Positions 40,085 to 50,586 of a DNA stretch of 64,000 nucleotides are shown one piece after another. The translations under genes and the position numbers were made by a program. Under the pieces are notes generated by a model. It did no database searches. It saw only the letters and a program-made list of their open reading frames with translations, and was not told the DNA's origin. Position 1 is the first letter of the stretch. Each line of letters opens with the position of its first letter. Source of the DNA: an uncultured Erysipelotrichaceae bacterium (lineage in GTDB: Bacteria > Bacillota_I > Bacilli_A > RF39 > UBA660); assembly GCA_902789425.1 (NCBI GenBank), contig CADANX010000001.1:80206-144205 (forward strand), in the 5' to 3' direction.

Positions 40085-40895
40085 TATATTAGATATGTTT
40101 TCATACACATTTATGGTTAGGGCATTTTTTGTTGGTATTCTAATATCACTTTGTGCATCTCTTATCGGTGTGTCATTAGTGCTTAGACGTAATTCTATGA
40201 TAGGTGACGGATTGTCACACGTTGGTTTTGGTGCATTTGCTATAGCCACAATTTTGGGATTTGCTCCTTTAGAATTTGCTATACCTATTGTTATTATAGT
40301 TTCATTCTTTATATTAAAATTAAATGATAGTAGTAAAATTCATGGTGATTCTGCAATAGCACTTATCTCAGCAAGTTCACTTGCTATAGGTACATTTGCA
40401 ATATCTGTAACTAAAGGTGTTAATACAGATATTAATAATTATTTATTTGGTAGTATTTTAGGATTAAATGAAAAAGATATAATAATTAGTGTTGTATTAT
40501 CTATTTTAGTAATTTTAATTTATGTTATTTCTTATAATAAAATATTTGCAATAACATTTGATGAAAAATTTGCTAAATCAGTAGGAATTAAAACTGATTT
40601 ATATAACATAATATTTGCTTGTTTATGTTCAGTAGTTGTTGTTCTTGGTATGAGATTAATGGGATCGCTTTTAATATCAAGTTTAATAATTTTTCCTACA
40701 TTATCATCTATGCAATATTTTAAAAAATTTAAAAGTGTTGTAATATCAAGTACAATTATTTCAATAATTGCGTTTATTATTGGATTAATTATTTCATATA
40801 TTTATGCAACTCCGACTGGTGCAACAATAGTTATTATTAATTTAATAGTGTTTATTATTTTTAAACTAATTTCAATGTTTAAAGTAAATGTGTAA
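40077..40895 (+). CDS. znuB: metal ABC transporter permease (ABC-3 family)
   Basis: Polytopic membrane protein of 272 aa. It overlaps the ATPase gene, in typical znuB position. Confidence 0.8.
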   Translation: MTSILDMFSYTFMVRAFFVGILISLCASLIGVSLVLRRNSMIGDGLSHVGFGAFAIATILGFAPLEFAIPIVIIVSFFILKLNDSSKIHGDSAIALISASSLAIGTFAISVTKGVNTDINNYLFGSILGLNEKDIIISVVLSILVILIYVISYNKIFAITFDEKFAKSVGIKTDLYNIIFACLCSVVVVLGMRLMGSLLISSLIIFPTLSSMQYFKKFKSVVISSTIISIIAFIIGLIISYIYATPTGATIVIINLIVFIIFKLISMFKVNV

Positions 40896-40918
40896 AAGAT
40901 ATTTTTATATCTTTTTTT
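40895..40918 (+). terminator. terminator after znuB
   Basis: 'aaagatat' / loop tttt / 'atatcttt', followed by a T-run. Confidence 0.55.
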
Positions 40919-40956
40919 CTTTATTTTTTAGTGTTATAATTTTTATGGAGGGTTTT

Positions 40957-41277
40957 ATGCAAGAAGTAGGATTAGGCAGATTATTAAAAACATATAGAGC
41001 TATTACAAATATAAAAGAAGAAGCTTTTGCTGGTGCAATATTAACATCAAAAGTGTCATTTTATAAATTAGAAAATTTAGCATCTGTTTCTGATATATCT
41101 GATGATATGTTATTTAGATTGTTTTATTTCTTTAAATTAAAAAGGGATGATGATATGACAGCTAATGCAATTAAAAATCAAATACTTATAAGTATAACAA
41201 AGGAAATTAATGCCAGATCATTAAAAAATAGTCTTACTGAAGATACTGTTTCATTAGTAAGAAAATTAAAATTATAA
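40957..41277 (+). CDS. small hypothetical protein, weak HTH-like N-terminus
   Basis: The start is moved to the ATG at 40957 behind ggaggg. The ORF-track N-terminal extension covers the znuB terminator and a -10 element. Confidence 0.3.
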   Translation: MQEVGLGRLLKTYRAITNIKEEAFAGAILTSKVSFYKLENLASVSDISDDMLFRLFYFFKLKRDDDMTANAIKNQILISITKEINARSLKNSLTEDTVSLVRKLKL

Positions 41278-41289
41278 AAAGGAGTTATT

Positions 41290-41556
41290 ATGAAAATAGA
41301 AGAAAGAGTAAAAAATATCGAAGATAGAAATAAAAGAGTTGAAAAAGATAAAGCATGGGAAACAAGTAATACAAGAAAAATATGTATTATGGTATTAACT
41401 TATATTGTTGTTATTTCATATTCATATTTAATTAGAGAATATAACTATATATTACTAAGTTCACTTGTACCAGTTATTGGTTTTACATTATCAACTGTTT
41501 CTTTAAAATTTATAAGAAAGATTTGGGAAAGTAAAGTATATAAAGAAAACAACTAA
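41290..41556 (+). CDS. small membrane protein
   Basis: 88 aa with two predicted TM helices. RBS aaaggag is present. Confidence 0.35.
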   Translation: MKIEERVKNIEDRNKRVEKDKAWETSNTRKICIMVLTYIVVISYSYLIREYNYILLSSLVPVIGFTLSTVSLKFIRKIWESKVYKENN

Positions 41557-41612
41557 TTAGGTTGCTTTTTTTTTATTTTTTTTATATAATATCAGGCCAT
41601 AGGAGGGGTTAT

Positions 41613-42155
41613 ATGATAAAAATTTATAATGCCAAATCATCAAAAAAAGGTGAAATAACTTTAAATGATTATATAGAATTTGATGAAAATGGTGTATATG
41701 AACCATATATTAATAGTTTTGGTGAAATTATTTGTGATAATGGAATTAAAAAAGCTAATTATGATTTAATGTCTCTTGATACTTTATATGAGTATTTAAG
41801 TAAATTAGAAGTAATTAATAAAGAGTTAAAATTAAAATTAGTTTCACCAGTTGATTATAATTATGTAAATAAAGAATTTGATTTTGTTTCAAAAAGTAAT
41901 ATAAATAAATATTCTTCATTAATTGAGGAAGCCGTATTACTTATAACAGATTATGTTTATTTAATTAATCATGATAATAAAGTAAAAAAGATTTATAGTA
42001 GATGTCCAGAAACAGGTTTATATGTAGTTGAACCTAATGCTCAATTTATTATGCGTTCTCCTGATTATAGTTTCATTAAACATGATTATGAATTATTACA
42101 AAGTAGAAATGCAGGTAAAAGATTAATTTTATCAAGAATGGATCATATTATTTAA
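41613..42155 (+). CDS. hypothetical protein
   Basis: The start is set at the ATG at 41613 behind ataggagggg. No family recognised. Confidence 0.35.
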   Translation: MIKIYNAKSSKKGEITLNDYIEFDENGVYEPYINSFGEIICDNGIKKANYDLMSLDTLYEYLSKLEVINKELKLKLVSPVDYNYVNKEFDFVSKSNINKYSSLIEEAVLLITDYVYLINHDNKVKKIYSRCPETGLYVVEPNAQFIMRSPDYSFIKHDYELLQSRNAGKRLILSRMDHII

Positions 42156-42199
42156 TTTAAAGAGTATTTATGATATACTCTTTTTTAGTGAGGTAAAAA

Positions 42200-43423
42200 A
42201 TGAAGAAGAGAATAATACTACTTTTAATACTACTACTATTTCCATTTTCAGTTTTTGCAGAAGAAATAAGTGATTTGTATTCTGAAACTGCAGTTTTATA
42301 TAATAGAGACACTCATGAAATTTTATATGATAAAAATGGTAATGATAAAACTTTAATAGCAAGCTTAACTAAAGTAATGACATCAATTGTTGCTATTGAA
42401 AATATCAAAGATATGAATGAAAAAGTTGTTTTAAATGATGAAATATTTGATTATTTATCATATGATTTATCAACAGCCGGATTTAAAAGAAATGAAGAAG
42501 TAACATATGAAGATTTATTATATGGAGCTTTATTTCCTTCAGGAGCTGATGCCACTCATTCACTAGCTTATTTTATTTCTGGAAGCGAAGAAGAATATAT
42601 TAAACTTATGAATAAAAAAGCAAAAGAACTTGGCATGACAAATACACATTTTGTAAATACAATTGGAATAGAAGATGTAAATGATACTCATTATTCTAGT
42701 GCTGAAGATATGGTGAAATTACTTGATTATGCTCTTAAAAATGATACTTTTAGAGAAATGTTCAGTAATGATAAATATGTGACTAGTGATAAATCATTAA
42801 CATTTGTAAGCCCACAAAAAAGAACAAGTGAAAGACTAAATATAGATTTATCTATTATAAGTGGCTCTAAAACAGGTTATACGAGTAGAGCAGGCTTATG
42901 TCTTGCGAGTTATGCCAGTAATGGTAAAGCCAATCTTATTTTAGTCACAACTGGTGCTCATACTGATAGACAAGGTGCTCATTATTTAGATGCAAAAAAG
43001 ATTTATGAATATTATTTTGATAATTATGAATATAAAACTTTATTAAAAGAAAAAGATGAAATAGTTAATTTAAAAACAAAATATGAATATAATGTTTCTA
43101 TTAAACAAGATAAAGATGTAAGAAAATATTTAAAAAAAGAAATAACTAAAAAGAATTTAAAGTATATTTATAAAGGAAAGAAAGTGCTTGATAACACTGT
43201 TAGGAAAGGTGATAAATTAGGTACATATTATATAAAATATAAAGATGAAGTTTTATTTAAAAAGACGATTTATGCACCATATAATATCAAATATAGATTA
43301 AATAAAATACAAAAGAACATTTTGAAAATAATTATTGTGTTTTCAGCATTAACCGAATATATTACAATCAAAAGAAGAAGACGTCTTAGAAAAAGAAGAC
43401 GTAAAAGACATAAAAAACATTGA
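42200..43423 (+). CDS. D-alanyl-D-alanine carboxypeptidase (S11, PBP5-like) with basic C-terminal anchor
   Basis: It has a signal peptide, SxxK 'SLTKVM', 'SKTGYT' (KTG), and a C-terminal TM segment plus an Arg/Lys tail. Confidence 0.8.
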   Translation: MKKRIILLLILLLFPFSVFAEEISDLYSETAVLYNRDTHEILYDKNGNDKTLIASLTKVMTSIVAIENIKDMNEKVVLNDEIFDYLSYDLSTAGFKRNEEVTYEDLLYGALFPSGADATHSLAYFISGSEEEYIKLMNKKAKELGMTNTHFVNTIGIEDVNDTHYSSAEDMVKLLDYALKNDTFREMFSNDKYVTSDKSLTFVSPQKRTSERLNIDLSIISGSKTGYTSRAGLCLASYASNGKANLILVTTGAHTDRQGAHYLDAKKIYEYYFDNYEYKTLLKEKDEIVNLKTKYEYNVSIKQDKDVRKYLKKEITKKNLKYIYKGKKVLDNTVRKGDKLGTYYIKYKDEVLFKKTIYAPYNIKYRLNKIQKNILKIIIVFSALTEYITIKRRRRLRKRRRKRHKKH

Positions 43424-43477
43424 AAAAAAATTATTTAAATGATAAAATGGTTATAAGAATAGAAAAGAGGGTATAAA

Positions 43478-44137
43478 ATGAATGATGTAATTGATAATGT
43501 AATGACATTTATAAATGAAAATACTACTATTTTAATAATTATTTGTGTCTTTTTAATTGTAGTACTTGTAGTATATTTAATTGAAAATGCTATTAAGTCT
43601 AGTAGTGTTAACAAAAAAATTGAAAATGATAAAAAGAAAATTGAAGAAAAAATTAAAATCGAAGAAAATGTTCCAAAAACTAGTAAGTTTGAAGATGCAG
43701 TAGTTGAAGATTCACCAAAAGTTGAAGAAATCTTTAATGAAATTCCAGTAGATGCAATTGATGAACCTAAAGAAACTGAAGAAGAAAAGAATTATGTTCC
43801 AATTGAAAATCTAAATGAAGATAGTTCTCTTGATAATACTATTTTAGATATGGATAAAATTATTGCAAAAGAAGAAACAAATGCTAAAGAAAAAGATAAC
43901 AGTGTAGACGTTTTATATAAAAATGATAAAAAATTATCTGAGATTCTTTTTGGAAATATAGAAAAACAACCAGAAGGTAAATTAAGTGAAGATATAGTAA
44001 AAAATAGTTCTTCTGAAGAAATGAAAGAATTATCTGAAAGTGTTAATGAACTTGATAGAATAATGAAAAAACTAAATGATTATGACAAAAATTCAAAAGA
44101 AATAGACGACGAAGAAACTTTTTCAAATATTTTCTAA
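43478..44137 (+). CDS. membrane-anchored acidic protein, unknown function
   Basis: N-terminal TM segment followed by a Glu/Lys/Asp-rich low-complexity region. Confidence 0.4.
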   Translation: MNDVIDNVMTFINENTTILIIICVFLIVVLVVYLIENAIKSSSVNKKIENDKKKIEEKIKIEENVPKTSKFEDAVVEDSPKVEEIFNEIPVDAIDEPKETEEEKNYVPIENLNEDSSLDNTILDMDKIIAKEETNAKEKDNSVDVLYKNDKKLSEILFGNIEKQPEGKLSEDIVKNSSSEEMKELSESVNELDRIMKKLNDYDKNSKEIDDEETFSNIF

Positions 44138-44204
44138 AAGGGGTTAAATACCCTTTTTTATTTTCTTAAAATATGATATAATTTTATAGTACTGAAGGTG
44201 AAGT

Positions 44205-44903
44205 ATGAAGAATATTAGATATTTAATTATATTACTTGTAGTTTGCTTTTTAACTGGCTGTAAGGTTGATTACAATATAAATATAAATCGTGACCTTTCT
44301 GTAGATGAAACTGTTTTGGCTAGTGATTATAAAAAGAATATAGAAGTAATGACTAATTTAAAAGGAAAAGAAGCAGTTAATTATTTATTTGATATATTTA
44401 AAAGAGGAAAAAAAGATGAAGTATTTTATTATGATGAAGATTCAACTACAGTAAAAGCAACAGTTTCTAATAATTATTCTTCTTTAGATGAATATAAAAC
44501 ATATAGTTATTCAAATATGTTTGATGAAGTTAAAGTTAAAGAAAAAGATGGTGTTATTACTTTAACAAGTAAACAAATTCAAAAACTTGGTAATGATTCA
44601 TCTAGACCACTCTTATATGATGAAGTAAATGTTAATATAAAAGTTCCATATAAAGTAGTTAGTCATAATGCAGATAAAGTACATAATGATACTTATACAT
44701 GGAATTTTAAGAAGAATGAAAAATTAAAAACTATTAAATTATCATTTAAAAAAAATACAAATAAAAACGCTATTTCAGTAGGATTAAAAAAGAATAATAT
44801 AAATATTAATTATAGTTATATAGTTATTGGTTTTATTGTTGCTATAATTTGCGTTATAATTATAGTAGTAACTATTAATAACAAAAAGAATAATGCGCTT
44901 TAG
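44205..44903 (+). CDS. putative lipoprotein with C-terminal TM segment
   Basis: Lipobox 'LTGC' at aa 16-19. Confidence 0.5.
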   Translation: MKNIRYLIILLVVCFLTGCKVDYNININRDLSVDETVLASDYKKNIEVMTNLKGKEAVNYLFDIFKRGKKDEVFYYDEDSTTVKATVSNNYSSLDEYKTYSYSNMFDEVKVKEKDGVITLTSKQIQKLGNDSSRPLLYDEVNVNIKVPYKVVSHNADKVHNDTYTWNFKKNEKLKTIKLSFKKNTNKNAISVGLKKNNININYSYIVIGFIVAIICVIIIVVTINNKKNNAL

Positions 44904-44914
44904 GAGGATTTATT

Positions 44915-45736
44915 ATGAGTGTAGAAAGTATATTATCAATCGTAAAAAAGATTATAGATATTTGTCTTATATGGTCAGTATTTTATTATGTACTAAAGAA
45001 TATAAGAAAAAATGTAAAATTTTCATTATTATTTAAAGGAATAATAATAATTGTATTAATTAAGTTGTTGGCTGATTATTTTGGCCTTGTAACAATAGGA
45101 TTATTATTTGAATATGTTATTACTTGGGGTCCAATAGCAATAATTATAATATTCCAACCAGAAATCAGAAATGCACTTGAACAATTAGGTAAGACACAAT
45201 TGCTTGGAAGACATAAAACTTTAACGCAAACTGAAAGAGAAAAGATTGTTCTTGAAATAGGTAAAGCATTAGAATATTTAGTTAAAGATAAAATTGGTGC
45301 TCTTATAGTTATTGAAAGAGATACTAGCTTATCTGATTATATTGATAAAGCTAAAAAGATATATGCAGAAATATCAAATGAATTATTATGCGCAATATTC
45401 TTTCCAGATAATCCACTTCATGATGGTGGCGCTATTATCCAAGGAGATAAAATTACATGTGCAGGTGCAGTTTTCCCTACAACAGTTGATATGAAATTTA
45501 GTAAAAGACTTGGAACAAGACATAGAGCAGCTATTGGAATATCTGAAGAAAGTGACGCTATTGCAATTGTAGTATCTGAAGAAACAGGAAGAGTATCTGT
45601 AGCAATAGGTGGTAAATTAAATTACAATTTGTCTATAGATGAAGTTAAAAGTATTATATTAGATGAGTTAATGCCTAAATCAGAGACTTTTGTAGTTGAA
45701 AGTGATGAGGAGGACGATTTCGATGCGATTAATTAA
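44915..45736 (+). CDS. cdaA: diadenylate cyclase CdaA
   Basis: Three N-terminal TM helices and DAC-domain motifs 'HDGGAII' and 'GTRHRAAIG'. Confidence 0.9.
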   Translation: MSVESILSIVKKIIDICLIWSVFYYVLKNIRKNVKFSLLFKGIIIIVLIKLLADYFGLVTIGLLFEYVITWGPIAIIIIFQPEIRNALEQLGKTQLLGRHKTLTQTEREKIVLEIGKALEYLVKDKIGALIVIERDTSLSDYIDKAKKIYAEISNELLCAIFFPDNPLHDGGAIIQGDKITCAGAVFPTTVDMKFSKRLGTRHRAAIGISEESDAIAIVVSEETGRVSVAIGGKLNYNLSIDEVKSIILDELMPKSETFVVESDEEDDFDAIN

Positions 45737-47066
45737 GAAAATAGTTAGAGGAATCTATAAATTTATAGATAAAAGAATAATTTTACCTATTACTAAATTA
45801 GTAGTTGGTATTGCTAAAAGATTAAAGATTACTGATAAACCATTTGAATCTTTATTAAAGACAAAAAGCAGTTTAATAATAATATCATTAATATTTTCAT
45901 TCTTATTTTTCTACATAGTTGATATTAAAAACACTACATTACTTGAAACAAATGCTGAAGTTATTTATAACACTCCAGTTACTGCAAGTTATAATGATGA
46001 GGAATATATAGTTGAAGGTTTACCTGAAACTGTTGATATAACATTAATTGGTACAAAAGCTAATTTATATTTAGCAAAACAATTACCAAAACAAGATGTT
46101 GTGGTTGATTTAAGCGATTTAAAACCAGGTGTTCATAAAGTAAATTTAAAATACAAACAATCTATTTCAAATGTTGAATACAAATTAGATCCATCAGTTG
46201 CAACAATTATAATTAGTCAAAAGAAATCAATGACTAAAGATCTATCTTATGAAATAGTTAATTTATCTAAATTAGATAGCAAATTATCAATTGAAAATGT
46301 AAATATTTCAGAAGAAGATGTAATAATTAAAGATACTGAAGAAAACTTAGGAAAAGTAGCTACAGTAAAAGCTTTAATAAATGTAAATAATTTAGTTGAT
46401 CCAAAAGTTGGTGAAAATAAGCTAAAAGATGTTGAACTTGTTGCTTATGATGAAAATGGTAAAATAATGAATGTTGAAATAGTACCATCAAAAGTAAATG
46501 CAACTTTAACAATTGCATCACCAAGTAAAGAAGTACCTGTTAAGATTATTCCAGTAGGTAACGTAGTATTTGGTAAAGCTATAGCGACATTAACACCAAG
46601 TGTTGATAGAGTAACAATTTATGGTAAACAAGAAGTTCTTGATGCTACAAATAGTTTAAATATTAAAATAGATGTAGATGAACTTAAAGAAAATAAAAAG
46701 ATAACAAAAACTATTAAGAAACCTACAGGAATTAGAGAGATTTCATCAAAAACTATATCAGTAGATATAACGTTAGGTGAAGAAGTAACAACTGAAATTT
46801 CAGGCGTTAAATTAGGTTATATTAATCTAGGTGATTCATATACAGTTCAAGCAACAGATACAAGTAGTACTGAAGTAACTGTAATACTTAAGGGAGTTGA
46901 ATCAGTTGTAAATAATATAACAGCTGAATCAATAAATGCTTATGTTGATCTTAAAGATTTAGGAATAGGTGAACATGAAGTTGAAGTAAAAATTAAAGGT
47001 AGTGACGAAAGGGTTATATATAAAGCCAAAGTTACTAATGCTATGATAAAAATCGCTCAAAAGTAG
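45723..47066 (+). CDS. cdaR: CdaA regulatory protein CdaR (YbbR-domain repeats)
   Basis: N-terminal TM segment and repeated beta-rich YbbR-like modules. It overlaps the cdaA end. The start is set at the ATG at 45723 behind gaggagga. Confidence 0.8.
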   Translation: MRLIKKIVRGIYKFIDKRIILPITKLVVGIAKRLKITDKPFESLLKTKSSLIIISLIFSFLFFYIVDIKNTTLLETNAEVIYNTPVTASYNDEEYIVEGLPETVDITLIGTKANLYLAKQLPKQDVVVDLSDLKPGVHKVNLKYKQSISNVEYKLDPSVATIIISQKKSMTKDLSYEIVNLSKLDSKLSIENVNISEEDVIIKDTEENLGKVATVKALINVNNLVDPKVGENKLKDVELVAYDENGKIMNVEIVPSKVNATLTIASPSKEVPVKIIPVGNVVFGKAIATLTPSVDRVTIYGKQEVLDATNSLNIKIDVDELKENKKITKTIKKPTGIREISSKTISVDITLGEEVTTEISGVKLGYINLGDSYTVQATDTSSTEVTVILKGVESVVNNITAESINAYVDLKDLGIGEHEVEVKIKGSDERVIYKAKVTNAMIKIAQK

Positions 47067-47076
47067 CGATTTTTTT
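47051..47076 (+). terminator. terminator after cdaR
   Basis: A 7-bp stem pairs aatcgct with agcgatt, followed by T6. Confidence 0.6.
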
Positions 47077-47121
47077 AGGGGATTTTTTTCACTTCTTTCA
47101 AATAATATAATAGGTGATTAT

Positions 47122-48789
47122 ATGAATAATTACAAAATGTTTGAAAGAGATATTTATAATATAAATTATTATATTTCAAATAGTGAATACTTACTATTAA
47201 AAGAAAAATATATGAATTTATTCAATACTTTATTTTTAAAATTATTATATTATAGATACTATAAATTATATAAAAATTTATATAATATTATAAAAAAAAA
47301 GAATAATGATTTTATTAATCATAGGATTAAAACATGTGAATTACTAAATAATATAAATGGTTATGCACTTGATAAAGAACAAAAAACATCTGTTATTAAT
47401 GATGAAGATAATATACTTATTTTAGCGGGTGCTGGTTCTGGTAAATCACTCACCTTAATTGGTAAAATAAGATATCTAATTGAGGAAAAGAATATAAATG
47501 AAAATGAAATATTATGTATTTCTTTTACCAATGAATCAGCAGTTAGTTTAAAAAATAATATAATGAAAAACTATAATTATGATATAGATGTTTTTACATT
47601 TCATAAATTATCTCTTGAAATTATTAAATATTTTGAAAATGATATTAATATTGCACCAAGTAATTATTTAGAATATATTGTAGATGAAATACTAAGTAAT
47701 GATTATATAAATTGCAGTGATTTTTATATAAAAAATTATTTAAAAAATAATATTATTACCTTTATTAATCTTTTTAAATCATCTGGATATAAATATGAAT
47801 ATTTTAATGAAATAATTCTTAAAAATAATAAAATAAAAAACAAAGTTATTAGAAAGAAAAACTTAATTCTAATAAACATTATTAAATACTTTTATCTTAT
47901 ATATGAGAATGAATTACATAGTCAAAAAATGATTGATTTTAATGATATGATTACTTATAGTGAATATTTAGTACGAAAGAATGGTATAAATAAAGAATAT
48001 AAATATATATTAATAGATGAATTTCAAGACACTTCCTTTATTAGATTTAAATTAATTGATTCAGTTAGGAAATGTTGTGATTCTAAAGTGGTAGCTGTAG
48101 GTGATGATTTTCAATCAATTTATAGATTTACTGGATGTAACTTAGATATTTTTTTAAACTTTGAAAAGTATTTTGGCTATACATCAATTATTAGTATTAA
48201 GAATACATATCGTAATTCAAATGAACTTATTAAAGTAGCTGGTGATTTTATTATGAAGAATAATAGCCAAATAAAAAAAGATTTAAGTTCAAATAAAAGT
48301 AATAAAAAACCAATAAAAATATTCTATTATAATGAAGAGAAAGAATTATATAAATTAATAAATTATATAGTGAAAAAATATGGAGAAAACATCTTAGTTA
48401 TATCTAGAAATAATAACGATATTATTCCTTATTTAAGTGATAAATTAAAGTATGAAGATAACTATTTAATTACTAGTAATTTAAAAATAAAATATTTAAC
48501 AGCGCATAAATCAAAGGGGCTAGAAGAAGAAAATACTATATTAATAAACTTAACTAATAAATCACTTGGTTTCCCATCTAAAATAACTAATAATAAAATA
48601 CTTGATTTTGTACTATCTAAAGATGATAATTATCCTTATTCTGAAGAAAGAAGACTTTTTTATGTAGCCTTAACTAGAACTAAAAATAATGTTTTTTTAT
48701 TTGTTAAAAAAAATGAAGAGTCTATATTTGTAAAAGAACTAATTAGTAATTCTAGTAGGTATATTGAGTTTTTAGATAAATTATTATAA
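47122..48789 (+). CDS. UvrD/REP (helicase IV-like) superfamily-1 helicase
   Basis: Walker A 'AGAGSGKSLT', 'ILIDEFQDTS', 'VGDDFQSIYRFTG', and C-terminal 'TAHKSKGLE...LFYVALTRTK'. The composition is very Asn/Ile/Lys/Tyr-rich. Confidence 0.7.
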   Translation: MNNYKMFERDIYNINYYISNSEYLLLKEKYMNLFNTLFLKLLYYRYYKLYKNLYNIIKKKNNDFINHRIKTCELLNNINGYALDKEQKTSVINDEDNILILAGAGSGKSLTLIGKIRYLIEEKNINENEILCISFTNESAVSLKNNIMKNYNYDIDVFTFHKLSLEIIKYFENDINIAPSNYLEYIVDEILSNDYINCSDFYIKNYLKNNIITFINLFKSSGYKYEYFNEIILKNNKIKNKVIRKKNLILINIIKYFYLIYENELHSQKMIDFNDMITYSEYLVRKNGINKEYKYILIDEFQDTSFIRFKLIDSVRKCCDSKVVAVGDDFQSIYRFTGCNLDIFLNFEKYFGYTSIISIKNTYRNSNELIKVAGDFIMKNNSQIKKDLSSNKSNKKPIKIFYYNEEKELYKLINYIVKKYGENILVISRNNNDIIPYLSDKLKYEDNYLITSNLKIKYLTAHKSKGLEEENTILINLTNKSLGFPSKITNNKILDFVLSKDDNYPYSEERRLFYVALTRTKNNVFLFVKKNEESIFVKELISNSSRYIEFLDKLL

Positions 48790-48812
48790 AATTATATAAA
48801 GGAATGATTAGT

Positions 48813-49229
48813 ATGGAAAAAAGAAAAGTTTTAATAAAAGAATTAATAATTATATTAGTTTTATTAGTAATAATAGGTGTATTAATAATATTTTTGCTTG
48901 GTAAGAAACCATATACCTCATCTCAAATGGATGATAAATTAAGAGAAATGTCATCAAAATTCTATACTGAGTATTATTATGATGATATATCTGATAATAG
49001 ATCAAAAAAAGAGGTTACTGATTATCTTTCTTCGTTTAAAGAAAAAGGTTTAAAAGTAGATCTTGAAACATTATCTGATTACGATTCAGAAAATAATGAT
49101 CCTGTTATTGCAAACTTTATAAAAGATGGAATAGAGTGTAATAAAAATGAGACTAAAGCAGTCATTTATCCAAAGAGTCCATATGGTAAAAAAGACTTTG
49201 AAATTGAAACAGTTATAGTATGTGATTAA
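48813..49229 (+). CDS. small membrane-anchored protein, paralog A
   Basis: N-terminal TM segment. It shares 'FYTEYYY', 'KEVTDYLSSFKEKG' and 'IYPKSPYGKKDFEIE..V.CD' with the next gene. Confidence 0.45.
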   Translation: MEKRKVLIKELIIILVLLVIIGVLIIFLLGKKPYTSSQMDDKLREMSSKFYTEYYYDDISDNRSKKEVTDYLSSFKEKGLKVDLETLSDYDSENNDPVIANFIKDGIECNKNETKAVIYPKSPYGKKDFEIETVIVCD

Positions 49230-49289
49230 TATTGACTTTATCTTTGTTTTATAATAAAATTATATATATAATAGAAAGGGCTTTTTGAA

Positions 49290-49694
49290 ATGGAAAAAGA
49301 AAAAAAAGAAATTAAAATTAATAAAAAATTTGTTTTCATAATTGTATCGGTAGTAGTTATTATTGGACTATTAATAATTGTATCTAAAAAACCAAGACTT
49401 GAAAGTAATTTTAAAAGTTTAGGAAGTGATTTCTATACAGAATATTACTATAAAACAATTTCTAAATCTAAAACAGAAAAAGAAGTAAAAAACTTTTTAA
49501 GTGATTTTAAAGAAATAGGTATTGTTGCAAGTTTAAGAAGTATTGATACATATAATCAAAAAGGTCATGAAAAAGAAATTAAAAAACTTAAAAATGCAAA
49601 ATGTGATTTTGATAAATCAACAGTAACTATTTATCCTAAAAAACCATATGGTAAAAAAGATTTCACTGTTAAAGTAAAATTAAGTTGCAAATAA
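49290..49694 (+). CDS. small membrane-anchored protein, paralog B
   Basis: N-terminal TM segment. 'FYTEYYY', 'KEVKNFLSDFKEIG' and 'IYPKKPYGKKDFTVK..LSCK' are colinear with paralog A. Confidence 0.45.
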   Translation: MEKEKKEIKINKKFVFIIVSVVVIIGLLIIVSKKPRLESNFKSLGSDFYTEYYYKTISKSKTEKEVKNFLSDFKEIGIVASLRSIDTYNQKGHEKEIKKLKNAKCDFDKSTVTIYPKKPYGKKDFTVKVKLSCK

Positions 49695-49782
49695 AAAAAC
49701 ATTTTTTGTTTTTTTTTCGTATAAATTGTTTAAAAATCGGACAATTTTTGATAGAATATAAAGTAGTTAGGAAGTGCATAAA

Positions 49783-50586
49783 ATGGGTAAAATTATTTCA
49801 CTGGTTAATCAAAAAGGTGGCGTTGGAAAAACAACAACTAGTATTAACTTAGCATCATCTTTAGGTTTGTTAGGTAAAAAAGTATTATTAGTTGATTTTG
49901 ACCCACAAGGTAATGCAACAACTGGTGTAGGTATTGAAAAAGGTGATTTAAAATATACTATTCATGAAGCACTACTTGATTTAGTACCAACTAAAGAGGT
50001 TATTGTTAAAACTAAGTTTAAAAATTTATCAATAATTCCATCAACAGTTAATTTAGCTGCTATAGAATCAGAATTCAATGAAAAACTTAGAAATGATAGT
50101 ACATTCTCTCAAAGTTCACAACTTAAAAGAGTACTTTCAGAAGTAAAAGATGATTATGATTATATATTAATTGATTGTCCACCATCACTTAGTGCTCTTA
50201 CAAATAATGCTTTAACAGCAAGTAATTCAGTTTTAATTCCAGTACAATGTGAATTTTATGCAATGGAAGGAATTTTACAACTTTTAAATACAGTAAATAT
50301 AGCTAGAAAAAATTTAAATCCTAGCTTGGAAATAGAAGGTGTTTTATTAACAATGCTAGATGCAAGAACTATTCTTGGACTTGATGTAGTAGAAGATGTT
50401 AGAAGCTTCTTTAAAGAAAAAGTTTATGACACTATAATCCCAAGATTAATTGTTTTAGCAGAAGCACCAAGCCATGGAAAACCAATCGCAGATTATAATG
50501 CAAACAGTAGAGGAACTGAAGCATATATTAATTTAGCAAAGGAGGTAATTGAAAAGAATGAAAGAAAAGAGGAACGCCCTAGGTAA
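49783..50586 (+). CDS. parA: chromosome partitioning ATPase ParA/Soj
   Basis: Deviant Walker A 'NQKGGVGKTTT' and 'DCPPSL'. It is followed by parB. Confidence 0.9.
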   Translation: MGKIISLVNQKGGVGKTTTSINLASSLGLLGKKVLLVDFDPQGNATTGVGIEKGDLKYTIHEALLDLVPTKEVIVKTKFKNLSIIPSTVNLAAIESEFNEKLRNDSTFSQSSQLKRVLSEVKDDYDYILIDCPPSLSALTNNALTASNSVLIPVQCEFYAMEGILQLLNTVNIARKNLNPSLEIEGVLLTMLDARTILGLDVVEDVRSFFKEKVYDTIIPRLIVLAEAPSHGKPIADYNANSRGTEAYINLAKEVIEKNERKEERPR

